Of a stretch of 64,000 bases of DNA, positions 1 through 11,975 are shown piece by piece; within the stretch, counting starts at the first letter, position 1, and each line of letters starts with the position of its first letter. The stretch is from Gekko japonicus (Eukaryota): assembly GCF_001447785.1 (NCBI RefSeq), contig NW_015176087.1, positions 30,411 to 94,410 of the forward strand. Reading direction: 5' to 3'. The position numbers and the translations under genes were made by a program. The notes beneath the pieces are model-generated. The model searched no databases. It worked only from the letters and a program-made list of their open reading frames with translations, and was not told the origin of the DNA.

Positions 1-220
1 ATTTATTTATTTATTTATTTATTTATTTAAACATTTACACTCCATTTTTCTCCTCAATGGGAACCCAAAGAGGCTTACATCATTATTCTCCCTTCCTACA
101 TTTTATCCTCAAAACGATAACTCTGTGAGAGTGACTGATGCAAGGTCACCCAGAGAGCTTCCATGGCAGAGTGTGGATTCATACCTGGTTTCCCAGATCC
201 TAGTCTGACACTCTAACCAC
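1..220 (-). mobile_element. Old tRNA-derived SINE with (ATTT)n tail
   Basis: Reverse strand reads gtggttagagtgtcagactaggatctgggaaaccagg..(taaa)n. Confidence 0.65.
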
Positions 221-1152
221 TGTACAGGATTAGCCCACCCAGGCCAGTCCAGGGATGGGAGGGAATCCTGTACTTTTCAATACATTAAACAACAAACCCA
301 GAGGTAGGCTATACCCTCTTGGGTTTTCAGAACAATGTGCAACCAGAACCTCTTTTCTCTAGTCCCTGCATTTCCTAAGGGAGAGATTCCAGCCCTTAGT
401 TAGCATCTGGGATTTAACACAGTAGCCACTCTAGCTCAGAGATGCACGCTTTACTCTCCAATGGTAGCATATATGGTGAGCGTTTAGGCACAGGACTTAG
501 ACTTGGAAGTCAAGTTACAACATCAAAGCCAAATTAGCTACAAAAAGGATCTTTATTCAGTACAGAGCACAGCAACAGACTACCAGAGATTACAAAAATA
601 ACAAAGGCTAGGGCTGTTTGCCTTAACTAAACATTAATGATTCATAGTTACCAAGTCAGGAACCTTCATCAGTCCAAAATAGTCCAAGTACCAGGGGATC
701 CAGAGATTACAAAAAATAATAAAGGCTAGGGCTGTTTGCCTTAACTAAACATTAATGATTCATAGTTACCACTTCAGGGACATTCCACAGTCAGCATTTC
801 CAGGCGTCATAAAACAGACAACGACAAGAGGAGGAAGGGAGAGCTAAAAAACTCACTCCCAGAGGGATCAATCAATTATAGCCCAATTCCAGTCACAAAT
901 TAGCTGTGGCCATCAGCCAATTGCGAGTGGGCATGGGTGTGCCCAATTGTTGGTTGCCGAAGCTGCAACACAGGAATGGCTACAAGTTTGGAGCCCCTCC
1001 TGCAGTCAGGTGACCCAAACTCCACAGCTTCTCCACAACACTCATGTGAAGCCTAGTGTGGAGCCTTACAGTCTAGCTTCTAGCATGGAAGTGTGAAGAA
1101 TGTGAGTTATAAAGTTGTTCAGCCCATCTGGACTCACCATTCGGCTTGCAAC
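221..1152 (-). mobile_element. Possible solo LTR with internal 70-bp direct repeat
   Basis: Starts with TG exactly where the SINE is cut. Minus-strand AATAAA near 552, CCAAT motifs at 880-950, repeat at 583-653/700-771. No TSD found and the right end is uncertain. Confidence 0.35.
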
Positions 1153-1519
1153 AGGAAATAAGGCACAGCATGTTATCAGAAAGACATCACAGGAGAAGGC
1201 AGGAGACTTTTAGAAATCAATATTTCTATACAATGACATAAAGTGCTAGTATTACTGTACTTGGTTGTTATTTTTGTTGTTGCTTTAACAATGGCTGCCG
1301 TACTTAATTCTGTCTCCAGATGATCGGCTCTCAGATCTCCTTCAGATATTATAGAAGTGATTGGCACGGGCACCGGTGTTGAAATTCCAGGGACACAGGG
1401 CTCTCTATTCTCCTGCTGTTAGCCATTTATGATATTTAGTGGTGGTGGTGACTCCAAAGGCCCTGCAGAACTGTGAAAGAACCCACAAGTCCCTGATCTC
1501 TACTCGGAGCTCATTCCAC

Positions 1520-1830
1520 CAGAGCAGAGCCACCACTGAGAAAGCCCTTGCCCTGGTTGTCACTTTAAATGTCCCATGAATCTATACAAATAGATCTGTT
1601 CAGGAACCAGGATATTGATTCAGTTTGGTTCATGGTTTAGTTTGTGGTTCAGTCATGCCCATCCCTAGTCTCAAGCCATGTAGGGCTGTAAAAGTCCAAA
1701 CCAACATCTTGAATATGGCTCAGGAAGAGATAGGTAGCCAGTGTAATTGCTGTAGCATTGGGGTCACATGTTCCTGATAGCTTCCCCCAAGCAGCAGTCT
1801 CTCTGCAGCATTCCACACTAGCACATCTTC
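1520..1830 (-). mobile_element. L2 LINE ORF2 3' fragment
   Basis: NAAERLLLGGSYQEHVTPMLQQLHWLPI matches the L2 C-terminal NAAARL..EHITP..LHWLP motif. Confidence 0.8.
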
Positions 1831-1849
1831 TGAATATCCATCAAGGCAT

Positions 1850-2175
1850 TTAAGCCACAAACTGCCCATGCGAGATTGGCAATATGATGTGATAGAAAGA
1901 GAAACACTGGGTGTCTGGGCCATTGAGGCCCCATGGCAGTACCTCTGAGACAACTCCTTCATTCTGGTGACCAACCACGTTCCCTTGTTATGGCTCCAAC
2001 ATGTGAAGGACACCAAGCCTAAGCTGACTTGTTCATACCTGGCATTGCAGCCATGTGCATCCATAGTGCAACAAAGAGCTGGAAGAGCCCTTCTTAATGT
2101 TGATTTCTTCTCTTGGCAGGTGGAAGAAGAAATGGTGACCCTCCCCAGCAAGGGTCTGGGACTAGAGGGGTAGGA
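1850..2175 (+). mobile_element. Ty3/Gypsy RNase H fragment
   Basis: YDVIERETLG..WAIE..YL*DNSFILVTNHVPLLWL..KD..KL..YLALQP..RAG..NVDFFS follows the Gypsy RNase H pattern. Confidence 0.8.
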
Positions 2176-2580
2176 ACCAAATCGCTTTGGATGAGACACC
2201 CAGATGGGAGGTTAGAGTGTGCCCTTGGGAATGAGGGGGGCAAAATGGTCCCAGGCAGGACCAACTGTGAGGGTGGAGGGGCAGGGAAAGTTGCTGGGGC
2301 AGGCATTTAAGGAAATGATGAAACATGCCTGGGGCGTATGCATTCCAAGCACTAGAAACCCATTGAAGAGTCAGTGTTTTAACTGGTTCATTTATTTACA
2401 AAATTTATACACTCCTTTCTCGCCAGTCAAGCTCACCACTATTGATGACTAATATTTAAAATATTATATAATATATAAAAACAATTTATTAAAACAATTA
2501 AAACCAAAACTAAATAAATATTAAAACACATACAAGAGCAATTACAACATAGGTCAAAAAGAAGGGATCATTGAGGGCTA

Positions 2581-3264
2581 AACTAGAATGAAAGATCTTT
2601 CCAATATGCTCAATGACCTGTGTTGGCCTGATTCTAATTAATCAATCAAATGTACAGCAAATGATTTCACTTGACCAGTCAGGTCTGTTGGTAACCAGGT
2701 AAACTGACCAATCAGATGGGATTGTAAATTAATCCAAACACCATTTAGCTGCATTGGGTTCAATTAAACAGACACCTTCTCTCATCCATAAGCACAGAAG
2801 CTAATGAAATGGAATGTAGCCTCCTAGATTCTTGTGCCAGGCCTAATATTATGAGCAGCATCTGGGTTACCTCCCATCTCCCAGTTTGATGTAGTGGTTA
2901 AGAGCAGTGGCCTCTAATCTGGAGAACCGAGTTTGATTCCCCACTCCTCCACATGCAGCTGCTGGGTGACCTTGGGTCAGTCACAGTTCTCTCAGAGCAG
3001 TCCTCTCAGAGGCAGTCCTCAAAAGAGCTCTCTCAGCCCCACCTCCCTCACGGGGTGTCTGTTGTGGGGCGGGGAAGGAGACTGAAAGAGTGGTGTATAA
3101 AAACTAACTCTTCCTCTTCTTCTTCTTCCCTTATTTGAGTCTTTGAAGCTATAAGTAGCTTGACCTATGTTTCAGAGAAATAAACTTCTATCATTTCTAG
3201 GCCTCAGCATGAACCATTGTTTGAATTAAACTAGAAACTGCTTAAAGAGATGAGTTTCTTGACA
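2581..3264 (-). mobile_element. Truncated LTR (same family as 39524-40257 and 48397-49278), split by a SINE
   Basis: Reverse complement of 48397-48840. Ends in tgaca at 3260-3264 and is nested within an L2. Confidence 0.75.
2881..3128 (+). mobile_element. tRNA-derived SINE, Squam3-like
   Basis: gtagtggttaagagc..gtttgattccccactcc A/B-box head, ctctctcagcccc body, (CTT)n tail. Confidence 0.85.
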
Positions 3265-4490
3265 GACACTGTTTCAGGGTACCACCTGCCTAATTACAGA
3301 AGGTGGGGACACTAAAGTAGACCTCAGGAGATTACCTTAGCGATCGGGTAGTTTCATATGGGAGTAGGCTGGTCCCAAGCCATACAGGGCTTTAAAAGTC
3401 AACACAAGCACAATCAGCTTGGAAACACACTGGGAGCCAGTGTAGATGGTCTAAATGGATATGGTCCCTGTGGCCCACTCCAGTGAACATCCTGCCTGCA
3501 GCATTCTGTACCAATTAAAGTTTCCAAGCACTTCTCAAGGGTAGTCCCACATAGAGTGCAGTGTAGTAATCTAATCTAGATCTAACCAGGGAATGCACCA
3601 TAGTGACCAGGCAAATCTTTTCTGTCCAGGACAGGCTGCAGCTGGCCAACCAGTCAAAGCTATTAAAAGGTGTTCCTGGTTATAGGTACTCCCTGCATGT
3701 CCAGGGAACTCCCCCCCCCCCAGCTATAGACCTGCTCCTTCAAGGAGTGTGCAGTCCCATCCAGAACAGGTGACACTTTAAATCCTGGATCATGCTCTCT
3801 ACTCACCGATAGCATTCTATCTTGTTGGGATTATACTTCACTTTACTACAAAACCTATCTCCAGTCCTGACTCAGGGTTTCTGCAGCTTTCCTGGGATCC
3901 ACTGGAAGAGTGACATAGGGCTGAGGGTCATTAGCATATTGGTGACAGCTCAGCCCAAATTTCTGAATGACCTCACTCAGGGGTTTCATGTAGATGTTGA
4001 AAAGCTTGGGGGGACAATATGGAGCTTTACCAGACCACATGGGTCAGTAGCTAAGAGTTTAAACAGCTATCTCCCATAGCCATCTCCTGAAACCTGCCTT
4101 CCAGGTAGGACTGGAACCACTGCAAAACATTGCCACAAAGTCCCAACTCCTCATTCCATTGCCCGATGCTGCTGTAAGTGACAATGAAAAAATACTCCTA
4201 TAGGCTGTGCAGCTATCTCACTTCCAGGAAAAAAAGTGACAGGGGGTAGCTCTAGGCAAAAGATAACCAGAAACTGAACATTCCACGTGTTGCTATGCAT
4301 GGCTTGGCAACCCTATACTGAAAGCCACTGAAACGTCTAGGAGAACCACTAGAGTTGCATTCCTTCTGTCTATCTCCCAGTGCAGGTGATCCATCAGGGT
4401 AGCCAAAACTTTCAGTCCCATAACCAGACGTGAAAACACGTTGTAAAGCATCCAACAATCAAAACACTGTGCCATTTGGGTGGGCATGTA
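3265..4490 (-). mobile_element. L2 LINE ORF2 (RT) fragment, degraded
   Basis: SGYGTE..LHWEIDR..LVVLLDVSVAF and KLFNIYMKPLSEVIQKFGLSCHQYAND (YADD region). A MITE is inserted at ~4150-4315. Confidence 0.85.
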
Positions 4491-4652
4491 AGGATGCTTT
4501 GGTTATGTAACTATCAAATCAATGGTCATCCATCTTCAGAAAGAAGGCCTGACAATATTGTAATTCAAAAAGACCTTATTTTGAAATTAAATCACCCTTC
4601 CTCTGCGTAAAGTTTGTTTTTAAATACAGTGTACTTTATTAACAAAACATGC

Positions 4653-4864
4653 AGAGACAGTGGCTCATTCATAGGGCATCTGCTTGGCATGCAGAAGGTC
4701 CCAGGTTCATGCCCTGCCTGGCATCTGATTTGAAAAAAAACTAGGCAGTAGGTGATGTGGAAGACTTCTGCCTGAGACCCTGGAGAGCTGCTGCCAGTCT
4801 GAGCAGACAATCTTGAAAGTGATGGACCAAGGGTCTGATTCAGTATAAGGCAGTTTCCTGTGTT
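4653..4864 (+). mobile_element. tRNA-derived SINE, Squam2-like
   Basis: tggctca..gcatctgcttggcatgcagaaggtcccaggttc head and gatggaccaa..ctgattcagtataaggcag tail. Confidence 0.75.
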
Positions 4865-4959
4865 TTAGTGAACTGAACTGCAAAAAGAAAAAGAAAAAAC
4901 CCCACCTTTTTTGGTAAAGAAATGGTACTAATAGATCAAAAAGAAATTACTGCTTTCTG

Positions 4960-5350
4960 TAAGCTTGTTTAATTAATCTCCTAGGAATTGAGAAGAAGTA
5001 AAAAAAAAGAGTCTTTATTTCTGGCTCATTTATTAAGTGATCATACTTTCAGAGCTAGAAATAGAACAAGGCTTGCATTAACTTTCAGTTGAGCTTCTGG
5101 TTCACTGGGGAGTCTAACTCTGTAATGTTGTAATTATTATGACCCTTTCAACTTTAGATTATTTCAGACACACACTACATTTAATGATCTCCCTGAAGAG
5201 AGATCAGAAAGAAAATTACAAGTGTTCATTAGAATGCTTTGGGTGATCATGGTTTCCAAATAGTCTAATGAAGCGCAGTTATCCAGAGAGCTTCCCAGAT
5301 GTTTTGTAGGCTCCTTTCAGAAATTAATTGATCCTCAAGTGGTCACATGG
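4960..5350. promoter_or_regulatory. Candidate OR-cluster enhancer: three homeodomain + O/E(EBF)-like composite motifs
   Basis: TAATTA-atc-TCCTAGGA (4970-4986), TAATGA-tct-CCCTGAAG (5182-5198), TAATTG-atc-CTCAAGTG (5325-5341), with extra TAAT cores between, in AT-rich DNA with no repeat I could recognise. Function is inferred. Confidence 0.45.
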
Positions 5351-5719
5351 CATCTTTGTGCAATTTTTTCTGAGAGTACTGAAATTCAAAATATTGATTA
5401 GAAGCATATTTTCCAAGCAGGTTAATGCTTATGTCAAATTTGAAGTTACAGATGTCTTTTCAAGTGAAACACATTCCAGCCAAATTACAATCTCCAATCC
5501 CATCCTTTATAGAAAAGGTTGGGATAATTTGGGGTTGTATTGAACCAGATTTTCTGCTGGTGAAAAAAGAAAAGAAGCTATGCTGGGGATAAGGGGGCCT
5601 ATGTGGACAAGAGCGACATGGGATGGGAGCTATTGAAAGGAGGCAAAGTGGGCAAGAATCAGCAAAACAGCCATCGGGATCCAACCTTTTGAATCCCACA
5701 TCTCTGCTCTTTCAAATCC

Positions 5720-5891
5720 AAAATCAAGTTTGAGTCCAGTGGCACCTTTAAGACCAATGGAGTTTTATTCAAGGTGTGCACGCACACACAAAGGCTTATA
5801 CCTTGAATAGCACTTTGTTGGTCTTGAAGGTGTCACTGGACTCAAACTTGGTTTTGCTGCTTCAGATCAACACAGCTACCCATCTGAATCT
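5720..5891. mobile_element. Penelope-like element terminal repeat in inverted arrangement
   Basis: Arms caagtttgagtccagtggcacctttaagaccaa and ttggtcttgaaggtgtcactggactcaaacttg. Related sequence at 61565-61690. Confidence 0.65.
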
Positions 5892-6117
5892 GCTTTCAAA
5901 CCCAAATCTCTGTTCTAATTTTGTCACCTTTGTGCAGATTGAATCTCTTTATGCCTTCAACGTAACTTCCCTGTAACATTAACATATTTTTGAACTCTAC
6001 TAGAAATAGATTTACATTAAACATATAGATTGCATACATTGTTCATTTAAATGTCACATAATTGCACACAAAAAGCTGTAGAAAGCAAACAGTAAGCCAT
6101 TGACCAGTAAGTAATAT

Positions 6118-6303
6118 GGTGGTGGTGGAAAGTGCCGTCAAGTCACCGCTGATTTATGGCAACCACCGTGAGGGTTTCAAGGCAAGAGACATTCAGAGGT
6201 GGTTTCCAGAGCCTTTATCATGACGCTGGTATCCCTTGGATGGTCTCCTGTTCAAATACTACCCAGGTTTGCCCTTGCTTAGCTTCTGAGAGCTGATGAG
6301 ATC
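6118..6303 (-). mobile_element. 5S rRNA-derived SINE (5S-Sauria-like)
   Basis: Minus strand gatctcatcagctctcagaagctaagcaagggc..ctgggtagtatttgaacaggagacc resembles the 5S rRNA internal region, followed by an RTE-type tail gacttgacggcactttc(cac)n. Confidence 0.75.
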
Positions 6304-7469
6304 AATAAAATAAAAAAGAAAACATCTGCTTATCCCTGCTGTAGAATCCAAATGGCTGATCACAATCATAATTTATGCTCTTGTCAAACTCCTTGGCTGA
6401 TAATTGAGTACTATAGGAAAAATAGAGAGGGCCATGAAAATAAGCAATATATAGTACTGTTTATGAAAAAGGAAGTAAACAGGCAAAACCCTGATATTTC
6501 CAAAAGCTCTATCTTTTTTTTTTAAAAAAAAGTAGGAAATGATCTCAATAATCTCAGCATTTCATAAAACAATAATCATGCCCTTCCTGAAAATAAGAAA
6601 CAAAATTAAACTGATAATTTTGAAGGGTACACTTTAGTTAATACTGGGTGAGCAAATATAATCCATTCCAGCAGCAAGCAGAGCCCTATCATTCTGTCCT
6701 AGCAAGACAATGTTCTGGCTGTTGGGGCTGCTGGAGAAAAGATAAGGCTATGGAGGCCCACTGAGGTTGCCAAGCTCTAGGTAGGTCAGAAGATCTTCCA
6801 GAATTACAGGTGATCTCCAGAATACAGCAATCAGTTCCCCTGGAGAAAATGGCTGCTTTGGAAGGTGGACTCTATGGCATTATACTCTGTTGAGCCTCTC
6901 CTCTCTTAACCATGCCTTCCCCAGGCTCCACCCACAAATCTCCAGGATTTTCCCATCAAGTCCTGGTGACCATAGGGACAGTAGCACCAAGGAGAGAAGG
7001 GGGAGGTGGACAGGCATCCCTCTTTCCTTCATGGGTATTAAAGTAGGCCCAGCATTCAGAGCTGTCAACTTTCTTGCTCCAAAACACAAGGGGGAGAAAA
7101 GAGCACCCTCAAAGAATGTGAAAAATGAACTACAAACTTACAGAATAGTATAACAAAAATAGGGGTGTATAGTAATTGTATACAGCCAACAATTGTGTAC
7201 AGCCAACAATTCAAAACAAGGACCCCAAAATGTCTCTCATCCATGCTATATAGTATGCAAAATAATATCATCTGTCTTTGAAATTACAAATGGCCTGAAG
7301 AAACAAGACGATACAGGAACATTCTAAGGAAGTGCTTGACCTGGCAGAATCCATTAGTCTCACTGGTTCTGGCTTCACCAATGGTGGACTCTGGGAGCTG
7401 TGCCAGGCTCAGCTGTGTTGGTAATGGACACCGGAAACCATGTCAAGCTCAGTCACAGTTGCTCCAGAC

Positions 7470-7806
7470 TAGGGTTGCCAAGTCCTGGGGGGGCGGGGGT
7501 TTACCTGCTCGATATGTCCCTTATCCACCATCTTAGATCAGGTCGCTGGGGGGAACCCCACCTCAAAAGTGTCGGTATCGCCTCAAAAGTACCCGGTGTG
7601 ATGATGTCACCTGGAGGTGACATCATCATGTCACTCTATCATTTCCCCTCAAATGATAGTGGTCCCGCCCCCAACATGCCTGACACAATGATATCACTTC
7701 TGGGTGATGTCACTGCGGTGAGCGCACTTCGCACGTGTGTCAAGGAACTCCCAGAGAGGGCCAGGACTCCCCCCGCTGCAGCCATAGGTAAGACTTGGCA
7801 AACCTC
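7470..7806. mobile_element. hAT-type MITE with TAGGGTTGCCA termini
   Basis: TIRs tagggttgccaagt / acttggcaaacct. 8-bp TSD ctccagac at 7462-7469 and 7807-7814. Confidence 0.8.
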
Positions 7807-8379
7807 CTCCAGACTCTGCCAAGTGTGTGGGGCATGGCCACCTAGCAGAGTGTGGGAGCTGTGCAGGACCTAGCCAAGGCAGCAGGGGACTCTGGGAACT
7901 GCACAGGGCCCAAAGGTGGCTGACACAGTAAGCTGGAGCCTCATGGGGCCTGTAGGAAGCTGTGGTAGTGACTGGGAGCTGTACAGGGGTCAGCAAGCAA
8001 GTGTGGAGAGAATGGGATTGTCCTCTCACACGAGTCCTGTAGGCCACCATTTGTATATTCTAACAGCCAAATTCGCCAGATCTAAGGATCTAAGCAGGGA
8101 ATGGGCAGGGTAGATCTTTCTATAAACCTGAAAATGCCTCAGGTTTGCAGAAAGATGTGATATCTAAACTTGAGAAAAAATACACTGGGGGGTTTAGAAA
8201 CACCAAAATGGTAAATGGAAGTCCTGTAGCTTTAAGAAATGGATTCCCTCAGTGGCTGTTTCTAGGCAACTACAGCTTCACAGGCTTTGTTTCTGTAAGT
8301 AAGAGACAGGAGGAGGGGCAGGGTCCTTGCCAGGCTTGTTTTGGCCTTTGAGGAAGGAATCATTGGGGCCAGGCCTGGG

Positions 8380-9520
8380 TATGGTTGCCAGCTCCAGGTT
8401 GGGAAATGCATATAGATTTGGGGGTGGAGTCTGGGGATGGTGGGGTTTGAGGAGGGGAGAGACCTCAACCAGATATAATGCCATAGAACCCACCCTCAAG
8501 AGCAGCCATTTTTCTTCAGGGGTACAGATCTCCGTCATCTGGAAATCAGTTGTAATTCTGGGAGATCTCCAGGTCCCTCCTGGCAGTTGGCAACCTTATG
8601 CCTTTCAGCAACTACTGGATGACTTGAAACCAGCTGACTCACATGACTCAACTAGGCCTGGCTGCTTGCCACTGTCCAACAGCAGCTATTTAATGAAAGC
8701 CAGTGTGGTGTAACCGTTACATCTTCAGACTAGGGTCTGGGGCTGGAGTCTTCCTGTGGAAGCTCACTGGGTGAAGTTGAGCCAGTCACATGCTTTTAGA
8801 CTAACCTACCTCACAGGTAGGGTTGCCAAGTGTAACTTACCTCAGCAGCAGGGGACTCCTCTCGGATGGTTGTGGCCCCGCCCCCAGCGTGCCTGGCATC
8901 ATAACGTCACTTCTTGGTGACGCGCATGCCAGGGTGGGGTTCCCCCCGGGACCCGAACTTCCAGCGGCGGGGGACGGGGCTCTGTGGCAGGGGGTTTCCC
9001 CCAAAAAAAGCCCTCGGTTTTGACAACAAACAGAGTAAACAGAATGAGAAGCAAAAGGTGAGTGTGGTAACATGAGGGTGTGGTCTAATATGCTAATGAG
9101 CTGTGAGATCAGGGGTGTGGCCTAATATGCTAATGAGTTCCTGTTGTTGGGTGTGGCCTATTATGCTAATTAGTTCCTGCTGGGCTTTTTTTCTACAAAA
9201 AAAGCCCTGGTACACGATAAGGCTGGCCCTCTGAAATTGCTGTTTTTTTCCTTGGGGAGCTGTTCTATATAGTCTAGAGATCATTTGTAATTCCAGGAGA
9301 ACTCCAGGCTGTACCTGGAGGTTGGTAACTCTATTAGACATAGGGTTGCCAGCTCCGGGTTGGGAGATACATGGAATTTTTGAGGGGTTTGGGGAAGGGA
9401 GGAGCTTTAATGGGGTATAATGTCATAGAGTCCACCTTCCAAAGCAGCCATTTTCTTCAGGTGAACTGATCTGTCACCTGGAAATCAGTTGTAATCCCAG
9501 GAGATCCTCAGACAATGCAT
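8380..9520. mobile_element. Cluster of TAGGGTTGCCA-family and related MITE copies plus a SINE head
   Basis: Repeated gggttgcca/tggcaacc termini and a shared gtccacc..gcagccattttc..gatctc body at 8380-8598, 8818-9020, 9220-9333 and 9341-9510. Related copy at 6763-6960. Confidence 0.65.
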
Positions 9521-10934
9521 AAAATAAATCATAAATAAATATTTTTCTGTTAAATGCAAGGGATGCCATTAAAAAAGGAATCCCATGTATTCCTCTGATG
9601 CCTGGTTTCTATTGGAGAGGATGAAAGAAGGGATAGCCCAAGTGGAGAGGATGTTTCTGTCTCAAGGAGTTTCATATACTGTGTCAACTGCCAGTATGGC
9701 CACTGACCTGTTCTCCCTTGATTCCAAATTGTTTATGAGTAAATTAAAGAGTCTTAACAATACAGCTCTCTCGGGGATCCCCGTGCTTAGTTATCTTCAT
9801 TGTAAGAACTGTCCATTTGTCCTTAACATCTGCTTCCTAATCCATGAGAAGACCACTTATACCATGGCTACGAAGTCTGCCCAGGAATATTAAGGGAAGG
9901 ACACAGTCAGAAGCTTTTTGAAGCTCAAGTATATAATCAATGATAGTCACATATGTAAGGGAGATACAAGGAGTTAACCATGATTATTGACTCAGAACTG
10001 TTTTGTAAGAAACAGTGGGGTTTTACTTAGGGAAGACAGAAAGGCAGTCACACACACCCACGTTTTGTGACTACATAATTCCCCTGACATGGCTGATTAG
10101 ATAAAATCCATATTTTAAAAAAACACAACAATTTTTTCAAATAACTTTACTATGAAATCTTAAATATAAAAATCTCCTTATTCACACACCCTTGCATTGA
10201 AGCTTGGCATTCCCTTCTCTCCCCTGCAATATAACACTCATGTTAATCCAAGACCTGCATTTTCAGAACAGAAATGCACAGAAATATCATGGAAACATTA
10301 TTTGGTTAGTTAAATAGGGATAGAGTTATATTAAAAATATACATCTGTATTAGACAAACTGCAAGCAGGGACTGTGAAATGGAGGCAGGAGGAAATATTG
10401 GGCCCTCTGCCCTCCTACAAGACACTCACAACCTTCTCCTCCAAAAGTTTGTGAGCTGTCAGTTTCCCCATCTGTCTCTGTTTTCCCTTTATCTGACCTC
10501 CAACAGTTCTCAACATTCCTTATCTTCTAGAGAATACTCAGTCCTCACTGGGGCATTTTGGGTGCCTCCCTTGCCTTTTAGTCAATTTACCCAAAAAAAA
10601 AAAAATCTGCCTAACTGGAGCTGTCCCCGAATGTGCAGAAACCGTTCTTTGGTGGCCTGGTTTTGCTGCTTTCATGATTAGCATAGATACAAGCTTGCCA
10701 CTTCATTATTAGAGATACAGTTAATTGTACTGGATATTGTAAAAGATTTGACAGGGTCCTCTTGGTCACTTGGGGATGTTCAAAAGTTGTTGTTGTTGTT
10801 GTTTTTGTTAAATGAGAGTGTATACCAAAGCTAGGAACACTATTTATGGAGGCATTTTTTCTATCTATCTACTGCCTTATAATCCTCCCCTTCCTCCAAG
10901 GAGCTCGGGGCAGTTTACATGCTTCTCTCTACAC

Positions 10935-11213
10935 CCGTTTGGTGTAGTGGTTAGGTGTGCGGACTCTAATCTGGGAAAACTGGGTTTGATTCCCCACTCC
11001 TCGACTTGCAGCTGCTGGAGGACCTTGTGCACGCCATAGTTCTGACAAGAGCTGTCCTTGAAAAAAAACTTCTTGAAAAGAGCTCTCTCAGCCCCACCTA
11101 CCTCATAGGGTGTCTGTCATGGGGAGGGGAAGGGAAAGGAGTTTGTAAGCTGCTCTGAGACTCTGAGTGAAGGGCAGGGTATAAATCCGATCTCTTCTTC
11201 TTCTCTTCTTCTT
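10935..11213 (+). mobile_element. Squam3-like SINE
   Basis: Same head, body and (CTT)n tail as 2881-3128. Nested in an older minus-strand SINE. Confidence 0.85.
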
Positions 11214-11975
11214 CCCCAACTTATTCTCACAAATGTCCTGTAAGGTCATGCAGTGAGTTTTATGGACAGATGGGGCTTTAAACTAGATCTCTTAGCTCAC
11301 TTAGTAGTGAATACATCTCACCAAACCTAATGGGATTTATCCACTGCCTGGTTCTAGTCTGACACTAGTCACTACACTTTACTAGGTCCCCCCAAAATCA
11401 TACAAGATTAATTAAAATGTTGAAATGCTTGACTCCCTGCAACTTTTTAATGTGTGGCAATCAGTTTATTGTGTTAGCTTCCAGCTATGGCAATCATGAA
11501 AAAAGCAGAGTACAAGATAATATCCATTAAAATGAAAATAACCATTAAAATCTAAATATCCATTGAAAGTAATAGCTATAAACTACCAATACTATGCAAG
11601 TATACATAATGCAAGGCATTTTGGTGAATTTTCTTTTTAAAAATTCTTTGAAGTTACTAAACAACAAACAAAAATCCCCAACAACACTGGTTGGATCCAG
11701 CCAGACTTTTTCACACAATCTCATCCAATCCGCCTTGCTACAGTTCCTACCCCATATGTCATGTGTCCACTTGTTTTCAATGATCTGTAGCATAGCCTAT
11801 TTGAGTGGGCAGGTGGAGGCCCTTGGCCCCTTTTCACCAATGGAAAAGCTAGTTGTATCTAACTCCACATCCAAAATTGAGCCAGCCTTATAGCCGTTAT
11901 TTTATTTCCTGTGAATTGCATTGACATTTTGAGAATTTCCATGGTTTCACTTCTAAGTGAAATTGAAAAATACCT

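Noticed and set aside
6230-6303. 5S rRNA gene
   Set aside because: Partial, mutated and fused to a SINE body and tail.
11441-11453. AACTTTTTAATGT, a 12/13 match to the mouse H/P-element homeodomain motif
   Set aside because: Single AT-rich match lacking the terminal A of TAATGA, with no convincing O/E site beside it. Likely chance.
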